This document shows, piece after piece, positions 56,611-64,000 of a stretch of DNA of 64,000 nt. The notes below the pieces were generated by a model. That model worked only from the letters and a program-made list of their open reading frames with translations. It had not been told where the DNA came from and did not search any database. The position numbers and the translations under genes are program-made. The stretch lies in IMG/VR virus record IMGVR_UViG_3300022602_000031, positions 1-64,000 of that record; one strand, written 5' to 3'. Positions within the stretch are counted from its first letter, which is position 1, and every line of letters begins with the position of its first letter. Origin of the DNA: a virus.

Positions 56611-59190
56611 ATGGACTTTAGTAAAGATGATCTAAAACAAGCATTTATGGATGCTATGCGGGAATCGCGTGGTTCGTTTGGCGGACCAACCTTCAAGGGT
56701 GACCCTATTGAAGAAATGGCTAAGTTTGAAGCCGCATTAAAACGTAACAAAGCCAGCTTTGGAGATATCACTAAAGGAATGCTAGCTGGTAAAGCGGCGT
56801 TTAAAGATCTAACATATCAAATAAGTGACGTTGAAGATAAACTTGAAGAATTAGCTGATAAAACAGGTGAAGTGGCTGCCGAGCAACGTGAACAGTTGCA
56901 GGGAATGAAAAAAGAGTTAGAAATTACTCAAAAGTCTAATATAGCAAAAAAAGCCTTTATAGACACAGTATTAACTAGCACAAAAGCACTAGCAGGATTT
57001 GGTGTGTCGGCCGTTGGTATTGCCGCAAGGTCGATGGGCAATTTAGCCAACGGATTACAAAGCGGAGCAAGTGCTTTTAGTCTAGCCGGTGGTGTTATGA
57101 ATGGTGCTATGGATGTAGCCAATGCTGGTACACAGGCCCTGGCGGCTGGTATGAGCGCCGTTGGTATGGGAATGACCCAGGTATTACCAGGGTATTGGAA
57201 AATTCTTGGAGTAGCCACAACTGGTTTAGCAATGGCATTTGGCGGACTAGCAGATGCGGCAACGGCTACTGGTAAGTTCATTGTTAACTTTATGGTCAAG
57301 CAGTTAGAAATGACCATGGAATCGTTTAATAAATTAACAGCCGCAGGTGCTACATTTGCCAATGGCATGACTGGTATGTATGATGCCGCTGATAAAGCTG
57401 GATTAACAATTACACAGTTATCAAATGTTGTAGCCAAGAACACAGAAACTTTTGCTGCCTCTGGTATGAGTATTACAGAGACTGTTAAGATGGTTGGCAG
57501 AGTTGGTCAGGTTATGAAGGCAACTAACATGACTGACAATTTATTAAGACTTGGCTACGGATTTGAAGAGCAGGTTCAACTAGTAGCTGAGACTATCGCA
57601 GATATGCGAGCATCTAGATCGGATATGATAAAAGATCCGGCTGGCATAGCAAGAGCTACCGAAGAATACGCTAAAAATCTACGTGTGATATCATCTATCA
57701 CAGGCGAAGACGCACGTAAGAAAATGGAAGAAGTTAGAGGGTTAGCTACACAAGCGGCATTCCGGGCTAAGTTATTGGAATTAGAAAACCAGTTTCCTGG
57801 CACATATCAAAAGACATTGGCTGCAATGGCTACTATGACTCCGGTAATGCAAAAAAGCGTTATGGAAGGATTATTGCTTGGTCAGGTAATCAATACTGAA
57901 GGTGCGATAATGTCAAGTCAAAGTGCGGCAATATCAGAGCAAATATACGGAACAGTTGAAGCTATAAAATCTGGTAACCTAAGCACACAAAAACAATTAG
58001 AAGAAAATCAGCAACTACAAGGTAAAACTAACGATATGTTTATGAAACAAATCGATACATTTACACAAATTGGTATTGCTGGTCTTGCAGGCGGAATGTC
58101 AGAACTAAACAAAGCACTTAGCGACCAAATTAGAAAGTCTGATTTAATTTCTGAAGAAGGTGTTAGAAAAGCACAACAAAATGCTGAGAGTCTTAAAACA
58201 GCCAATGACGGCCTAACAACACAAATGGTTGAAGCCGCTCATACTGCACAGAACTTTGCTATAACTTTACAAAACCTGGCTAAAAACGAACTAGGACAGT
58301 TTGCTCTTTATACTACAGCAATCCTAGGAGCATTAGATAAAGCTCTCAGAGACTTTTATATAGAAATTGGCAAATACAAAGGTGAAGATGAGGGATTCTG
58401 GGAAGCCTACGGATTAGATATTGCCCAAGGTTTGCTTGGTGCTGTTATGATAGGTGTTGGTGCAATCGCCGAACCATTTACCTTAGGTGGTAGTACAGCA
58501 ATAATTGGCACTGGTGCCTTAGGTCTTGGAACTGCTAGTTATGATGCCTACGAAAAATATCAAAAAAGAAAAGATGGGGGATCTAGTAGAATCCCTAGTG
58601 TTAAGGATGGAAAAACTCCAGATTTCTCTGGAGTAAACACTAACGGTGCACAAGGATACGGACAAATCACTCCAGATCTACAGGCCGCAATCACTAACTT
58701 AGCAAAAGCACAAACTGATGCCAACAATCCTTTAAAAGGCGCAACGATATCATCAGCTAACGATGCTACAACATTTGCCCCACATCGCAATTCAAAGCAC
58801 GGCATTGGTCGTGCAATGGATATCACTATACCTGGCTATAACGCCAAGGTAAACGACACAGATCCAACAATATTAAAAAGATCCGAAGCAATTAAAGCCG
58901 CTATTATAGCACTTGGATTTAAAACAGTTGACGATGAATATATTAAACCGAGTGATGCTGCCATTGGCGGCCATTTCCACGCAGAACTTAAAGATGGCGC
59001 TATTGTTAGTTCCAAAACTGGCGGAGTGGGCGTTAACGTCGGCGAAGGCGGACGCGACGAATTAATTACACCTTTAAAAAATGGTATGTTGCCCGGAATG
59101 GCTGAATTAATCAATGAAGTTAAAGAATTAGTACGAGTTACTAAAGCGCACAAGGATGTTTCGGAAAATATTAGTATGTCTCTCATCTAA
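56611..59190 (+). CDS. Tape-measure/tail-length protein with C-terminal M15-type peptidase
   Basis: Helical Ala/Gly-rich body with hydrophobic segments; SKHGIGRAMD and HFH motifs; adjacent to the frameshifting chaperone. Confidence 0.7.
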   Translation: MDFSKDDLKQAFMDAMRESRGSFGGPTFKGDPIEEMAKFEAALKRNKASFGDITKGMLAGKAAFKDLTYQISDVEDKLEELADKTGEVAAEQREQLQGMKKELEITQKSNIAKKAFIDTVLTSTKALAGFGVSAVGIAARSMGNLANGLQSGASAFSLAGGVMNGAMDVANAGTQALAAGMSAVGMGMTQVLPGYWKILGVATTGLAMAFGGLADAATATGKFIVNFMVKQLEMTMESFNKLTAAGATFANGMTGMYDAADKAGLTITQLSNVVAKNTETFAASGMSITETVKMVGRVGQVMKATNMTDNLLRLGYGFEEQVQLVAETIADMRASRSDMIKDPAGIARATEEYAKNLRVISSITGEDARKKMEEVRGLATQAAFRAKLLELENQFPGTYQKTLAAMATMTPVMQKSVMEGLLLGQVINTEGAIMSSQSAAISEQIYGTVEAIKSGNLSTQKQLEENQQLQGKTNDMFMKQIDTFTQIGIAGLAGGMSELNKALSDQIRKSDLISEEGVRKAQQNAESLKTANDGLTTQMVEAAHTAQNFAITLQNLAKNELGQFALYTTAILGALDKALRDFYIEIGKYKGEDEGFWEAYGLDIAQGLLGAVMIGVGAIAEPFTLGGSTAIIGTGALGLGTASYDAYEKYQKRKDGGSSRIPSVKDGKTPDFSGVNTNGAQGYGQITPDLQAAITNLAKAQTDANNPLKGATISSANDATTFAPHRNSKHGIGRAMDITIPGYNAKVNDTDPTILKRSEAIKAAIIALGFKTVDDEYIKPSDAAIGGHFHAELKDGAIVSSKTGGVGVNVGEGGRDELITPLKNGMLPGMAELINEVKELVRVTKAHKDVSENISMSLI

Positions 59191-59223
59191 CTAGCGATAA
59201 ATACTGTATAAGAGAGAACATAT

Positions 59224-60915
59224 ATGGCCGGTTGGAAAAAATACTTTAAAACCAGTAACTTACCTAGCAACATCAGCCCCTTAGGTGGCGGACGATTAGC
59301 GGATCCTGGTTATCGCAACTATCAAAGTCAGTTACCTGAAGTGTATACTGGTCAACCAAATCGTGTTGAACGTTACAATCAGTACGAACAAATGGATATG
59401 GATTCAGAAGTTAATGCCGCACTAGACATTCTTGCTGAATTCTGTACACAAAAGAACTTAGAAAACCACACAGCGTTTACTGTCAAGTTCAAAGAACAAC
59501 CTAGTGATAACGAAGTTAAAATCATTAAAGAACAGCTACAACAATGGGTAGCACTTAATGAATTTAACAAGCGTATCTTTAAAATGGTACGCAACGTATT
59601 CAAATACGGAGACCAAGTGTTCCTACGTGATCCAGAAAACTTTAAATTATATTGGACAGAAATGTCTAAGGTTACTAAAGTTATTGTCAATGAAGGCGAA
59701 GGCAAAAAGCCCGAGCAGTACCTAGTTAAAGACCTAAATCCTAACTTTCAAAACTTAACAGTAACAGCAGTAGCTACAACAGACACATATATGAATCACC
59801 CACAGGTTGGTGGCCCAAGCGGTAGCTATACACAACCACAAAGCCCATTTGGCGGTGGTTCACGTTTTAGTCACAGTAAAAATGAAGCAGTTATTAATGC
59901 CGAACACGTGGTTCATATTAGCCTAACTGAAGGCTTAGACGTATATTGGCCATTTGGTAACTCTGTATTAGAAAACATCTTTAAGGTGTTTAAACAAAAA
60001 GAACTGTTAGAAGATAGTATTATTATCTATCGTGTACAACGTGCTCCAGAGCGTCGTGTGTTTACAATTGACGTAGGTAATATGCCAAGTCATATGGCCA
60101 TGGCATTTGTTGAACGTATTAAAAATGAAATTCATCAGCGTCGTATGCCTAGTGCTAATAACACCGGCGGACAAAGTATGATGGATTCTACATATAATCC
60201 TTTGAGCCAAAACGAAGACTACTTCTTTCCGGTAACAGCCGAAGGCCGTGGCAGTAAAGTGGACGTACTACAGGGTGGACAAAACCTAGGCGAAATTACA
60301 GACTTACGCTTCTTTACCAACAAGTTATTCCGTGGTTTGCGTATTCCTAGTAGCTACTTGCCTACTACAGCCGAAGACGGTAGCCAGGCCTACACAGACG
60401 GTCGTGTTGGTACAGCACTTATACAAGAATGGCGCTTTAACCAATATTGCCAGCGTTTACAGGCAATGATTGCCGACAAGTTAGACAGTGAGTTTAAGCT
60501 GTTTATGCGTTGGAGAGGCTTTAATATTGATGGATCATTATTTGATTTAACATTCAATGAACCGCAAAACTTTGCTCAATATCGCCAGGCTGATATTGAT
60601 GCCGCACGTATTACTAACTTCGCACAGTTAGAACAGGTTCCTTATTTGAGCAAACGTTTCTTAATGAAACGTTACTTAGGTATGAGTGAACAAGAGCTAA
60701 GTGAAAACGAAACAGCCTGGGCCGAAGAACGTGGCGATACTGAACTAGCTAAACCTGATGCTCCTAGCTTAGGTGGTGTAAACATTACCCCAGGTCGTGT
60801 TGATGCTGAACTAGATGGACTAGGACAAGACACAGGAGTAGGCGCTCCTGCCGGACAAGAAATGGCCGGAAGCCCAGCTGGCCCCGGTGCAGCCGCAGGT
60901 GGCGGTCCACTTTAA
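59224..60915 (+). CDS. gp20: Portal protein, T4 gp20-like
   Basis: LEDSIIIYRVQRAPERRVFTIDVGNMP, EDYFFP..EGRGSKV..L.GGQNLG and L.IPSS. Confidence 0.95.
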   Translation: MAGWKKYFKTSNLPSNISPLGGGRLADPGYRNYQSQLPEVYTGQPNRVERYNQYEQMDMDSEVNAALDILAEFCTQKNLENHTAFTVKFKEQPSDNEVKIIKEQLQQWVALNEFNKRIFKMVRNVFKYGDQVFLRDPENFKLYWTEMSKVTKVIVNEGEGKKPEQYLVKDLNPNFQNLTVTAVATTDTYMNHPQVGGPSGSYTQPQSPFGGGSRFSHSKNEAVINAEHVVHISLTEGLDVYWPFGNSVLENIFKVFKQKELLEDSIIIYRVQRAPERRVFTIDVGNMPSHMAMAFVERIKNEIHQRRMPSANNTGGQSMMDSTYNPLSQNEDYFFPVTAEGRGSKVDVLQGGQNLGEITDLRFFTNKLFRGLRIPSSYLPTTAEDGSQAYTDGRVGTALIQEWRFNQYCQRLQAMIADKLDSEFKLFMRWRGFNIDGSLFDLTFNEPQNFAQYRQADIDAARITNFAQLEQVPYLSKRFLMKRYLGMSEQELSENETAWAEERGDTELAKPDAPSLGGVNITPGRVDAELDGLGQDTGVGAPAGQEMAGSPAGPGAAAGGGPL

Positions 60916-60939
60916 ATTGAAAAAAGGTTAAATACTAAC

Positions 60940-61173
60940 ATGAATATAATGGAACTATTTGACCAATCACCCGACGGCTATCACGACGAAAAAGCCGATC
61001 AAAGCGTGGCTAAAATGTCTGATAGTCGCAAAACTCGCCTTACACTAGCACACCTAAACCAGCTACGTCAGAGTCACGATGTGCGTAAACTGGAACACGA
61101 AAAGAAGCTAGAAGCAGTAGCTAAACAGTACGCACCAGCACCGGAAGCAGGCGCAGGCCCGATGGGTCTGTAA
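60940..61173 (+). CDS. Small head-assembly region protein, 77 aa
   Basis: ORF with its own TAAATA promoter between portal and core genes; RKTRLTL.HLN.LR. Confidence 0.6.
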   Translation: MNIMELFDQSPDGYHDEKADQSVAKMSDSRKTRLTLAHLNQLRQSHDVRKLEHEKKLEAVAKQYAPAPEAGAGPMGL

Positions 61174-61270
61174 TTATTCCGTCAAAATCCTTCAAAAAAC
61201 ACCCATTTAACCCCAAAATATACGTAGTTTTGTAAATAATACTACAAAGCCACTTATATAAGGAGTTCTC

Positions 61271-62302
61271 ATGAACAAGTTTGAAAAATTAATTGAATAC
61301 ATCATTAATGATGAAGATCAAAAAGCACGTGAGTTGTTTCACGATATCGTAGTAGAAAAATCCCGCGACATCTATGAGTCCATTATGGACGAAGAGCAAA
61401 TGGAAGAAAACGTAGCCGGAAACCAGGTTGAAGATATGGTTGACGAAGTAGGCCACGAAGAAGCCATGGGCGAAGATGATGAAGAGGGTGAAGAATTTGA
61501 ACTCGGCGGTGATCACGACAGCGAAGAAGGCGGCGAAGAGCCAGCTTTCGGCGGTGAAGAAGAGCCAGCCGGTGAAGAAGGTCACGATGAAGTTGTAATG
61601 AACATCGACGCTAAGTTGGACGAGCTATTAGCTAAGTTTGACGAAATCATGGGCGGTGAAGAGCACAGCGAAGAGCCAGCTATGGACGACGAATTTGGTG
61701 GCGAAGAGCCAGCAATGGGCGACGAGCACGGCGAAGAAGCTTTTGCTGAACAAGGCATGATGGAAGGCGAGCAACCAGAGTGGTTGAAAAAAGGTTCTGG
61801 TAAATCAGGTTCAGCACAATCAGGTAAATCTGGTTCTGCCGCATCTGGCAAGTCTGGTAAGAGCGGTTCTGGTAAAACAGAAGGCAAAAAATCTACAAGC
61901 GAACTAATGCGCGAATACGTTGACAAGATTCAAGATATGAATCTAACAGGTGCTAGCGAAGGTGATGCTGTTGGTGCAGCCGGTAAAAAAGTTGCAGTTA
62001 ACACTAAGCCAGGTTCAGTAGGCCCAGGCGCAGACTTTGGTGGACACACAGCTACCCCTAAAGGTGGCGAGCAAAACCAAGACGGCACAAGCCCAACTAA
62101 AGCAAGCAACGAATATAACAAAGGCCAAGGCGAAATCAAATCTGGTAACCGTAATGTTCCAGGTGGCAAGGCTGACAAGTTAGAAACAACTGGCACAAAG
62201 TATGAAACAGAACACAAGCCAGAAGGTAAAACAGTTGGTAATGACGGTAGCGTTCCTGTAAACAGCAAGTCTGTACAGAAACAAAATGCTGGTAAGAAGT
62301 AA
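61271..62302 (+). CDS. Acidic prohead core protein
   Basis: Extremely Glu/Asp-rich; lies between portal and protease; SD AGGAG. Confidence 0.65.
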   Translation: MNKFEKLIEYIINDEDQKARELFHDIVVEKSRDIYESIMDEEQMEENVAGNQVEDMVDEVGHEEAMGEDDEEGEEFELGGDHDSEEGGEEPAFGGEEEPAGEEGHDEVVMNIDAKLDELLAKFDEIMGGEEHSEEPAMDDEFGGEEPAMGDEHGEEAFAEQGMMEGEQPEWLKKGSGKSGSAQSGKSGSAASGKSGKSGSGKTEGKKSTSELMREYVDKIQDMNLTGASEGDAVGAAGKKVAVNTKPGSVGPGADFGGHTATPKGGEQNQDGTSPTKASNEYNKGQGEIKSGNRNVPGGKADKLETTGTKYETEHKPEGKTVGNDGSVPVNSKSVQKQNAGKK

Positions 62303-62324
62303 TTAATAGATTAGGGAACATAAA

Positions 62325-62963
62325 ATGGCTTTGTACCTAAAAGAGAACTTGACGTTCGACCGGGCAAATATAGTAGTTGAATCTACTGAATCTGCCGACG
62401 GGAAGGGAAAAGATCTCTATATGAAAGGGATATTCATCGAAGGAGGCGTGAGAAACGCTAACGAACGTGTATATCCCGTTCACGAAATTGAAAAAGCTGT
62501 CTCTACTATTAATAATCAGGTCAAAGAAGGTTATTCTGTATTAGGTGAAGTTGACCACCCAGATGACCTAAAAATTAATCTTGATCGCGTAAGCCATATG
62601 ATCTGCGAAATGTGGATGGATGGTCCTTGCGGTCATGGTAAGTTAAAAATATTACCAACACCAATGGGCAAGCTAGTTGAAGCTATGATTACATCAGGCG
62701 TAAAACTAGGTGTTAGCTCACGTGGATCCGGTAACGTTAACGAAGGTTCTGGACACGTTAGTGATTTTGAAATCATTACCGTGGACATTGTAGCGCAACC
62801 TAGTGCTCCTCATGCTTATCCTAAGGCCATTTATGAAGGTCTGATGAATATGCGTGGAGGGATGCAGGTATTTGAAATGGCACGTGAAGCCGGAAGTAAT
62901 CAAAGAGTACAGAAGTATGTACAAGAAGGCATTACACGCCTAATCAAAGATTTAAAACTATAG
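62325..62963 (+). CDS. gp21: Prohead protease, T4 gp21-like
   Basis: GIF..NANERVYP, LGEVDHP, RVSH, GVSSRGSG and D.VAQPSAP.AY. Confidence 0.95.
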   Translation: MALYLKENLTFDRANIVVESTESADGKGKDLYMKGIFIEGGVRNANERVYPVHEIEKAVSTINNQVKEGYSVLGEVDHPDDLKINLDRVSHMICEMWMDGPCGHGKLKILPTPMGKLVEAMITSGVKLGVSSRGSGNVNEGSGHVSDFEIITVDIVAQPSAPHAYPKAIYEGLMNMRGGMQVFEMAREAGSNQRVQKYVQEGITRLIKDLKL

Positions 62964-62975
62964 GAGAAATATCCA

Positions 62976-64000
62976 ATGTTAGATGCTATCAAACCATTGT
63001 TGGATAACGGAATTATTAACGAAGAAACTCGCACAGCGATTTCTGAGGCTTGGGAAGCTCGTATTACTGAAGCCAAAGAACAAGTTCGTGCTGAACTACG
63101 TGAAGAATTCGCACAACGTTATTCACATGACAAGCAAGTTATGGTTGAAGCTCTAGACAAAATGGTAACAGAGTCTCTCACTGCTGAACTCAAAGAGTTT
63201 GCAGACGAAAAACAACAATTAGCAGAAGACCGTGTTAAATTTAAAACACATATGGTCGAAAGCGCAGAAAAGTTCAACAACTTTATGGTATCAAAATTAT
63301 CTGAAGAAATCCGTGAACTACGTAGCGATCGCAAAGTATACGAAGGTGCTGTAAGCAAACTAGAAAACTTTGTAATCCGTGCGCTGGCAGAAGAAATCAA
63401 AGAGTTTGAAGCAGATAAACAGGCCGTAGTGGAAACTAAGGTTCGTTTGGTTGCCGAAGGTAAAGCTAAATTAGCTGAACTACAACAAAAATTTGTTGCT
63501 CAATCTGCTGCCGCTGTTAAAGAGGCTGTAACCAGTTCGTTAGAGTCAGAATTGACTCAACTGAAAGAAGACATCCAACTCGCTCGCGAGAATATGTTTG
63601 GACGTCGTCTATTCGAAGCTTTTGCTAGTGAATTTGCTGGTACTCACTTAAATGAGAACAAAGAAATTCGCAAGCTACAAGATACTGTTGGTATCTTGTC
63701 TACTAAATTGTCTGAAGCAGTATCAGCAATTGAAGAGAAAAAAGCAATAGTTGAATCAAAAGAAACAGAAATCAAAATTATTAAGGAATCGGCAGAACGC
63801 AAGGAAAAACTTGCTGAAATGTTGAAGCCTTTGAACAAAGAAAAGTCAGCAATTATGCGTGACCTTCTTGAAAGTGTACAGACTGATCGTCTTCAGACTG
63901 CATACGAAAAGTATCTACCAGCAGTTCTAAACAACTCCCCTGTTGCTAAGCCAGCCGTTAAGGTTGCTTTAACAGAGAGCCGTGTAGAAGTTACTGGTGA
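62976..64000 (+). CDS. gp22: Prohead scaffold, gp22-like (runs off the window)
   Basis: Hand translation MLDAIKPLLDNGIINEETRTAISEAWEARITEAKEQVRAELREEFAQRY..; coiled-coil; SD AGGAG; follows gp21. Confidence 0.8.
   Translation, partial: MLDAIKPLLDNGIINEETRTAISEAWEARITEAKEQVRAELREEFAQRYSHDKQVMVEALDKMVTESLTAELKEFADEKQQLAEDRVKFKTHMVESAEKFNNFMVSKLSEEIRELRSDRKVYEGAVSKLENFVIRALAEEIKEFEADKQAVVETKVRLVAEGKAKLAELQQKFVAQSAAAVKEAVTSSLESELTQLKEDIQLARENMFGRRLFEAFASEFAGTHLNENKEIRKLQDTVGILSTKLSEAVSAIEEKKAIVESKETEIKIIKESAERKEKLAEMLKPLNKEKSAIMRDLLESVQTDRLQTAYEKYLPAVLNNSPVAKPAVKVALTESRVEVTG

Noticed and set aside
1-64000. Stop-codon reassignment as in some large phages
   Set aside because: Standard-code ORFs tile the window, including one of 3952 aa, and TAA, TAG and TGA each end genes at junctions with the next gene.
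62325-64000. Major capsid protein gene
   Set aside because: The window ends inside the gp22-like scaffold; the capsid gene would lie beyond it.

Overview
This window is part of a large T4-like myophage genome in the standard genetic code, with no tRNA, rRNA or CRISPR array seen. 1-14.9 kb (minus strand) is a tightly coupled modification cluster: six radical SAM enzymes, several glycosyltransferase-like genes, two SGNH-like proteins and a carbamoyltransferase. 15-48 kb (minus) holds tail-fibre and baseplate genes, including a 3952-aa wedge protein and gp6, gp25, gp5 and gp53 homologues. 48.1-55.1 kb (plus) has the gp55 late sigma factor, gp47/gp46, two more radical SAM genes and a GIY-YIG nuclease followed by a structured non-coding region. 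55.5-56.6 kb (minus) is a tail/hub chaperone with a probable -1 frameshift. 56.6-64 kb (plus) has tape measure, portal, core, protease and scaffold genes. Top leads: (1) a glycine-rich tail protein apparently split over three ORFs at oligo-Gly junctions, with a duplicated Cys-bearing C-terminal domain, a leader peptide, a GNAT and a small ORF, suggesting a protein processing/ligation system; (2) a GIY-YIG nuclease whose 3' end overlaps a roughly 400-nt structured RNA candidate; (3) the eight radical SAM genes and their virion-linked cluster; (4) the -1 frameshift. All family assignments are by-eye motif recognition; no database search was run.
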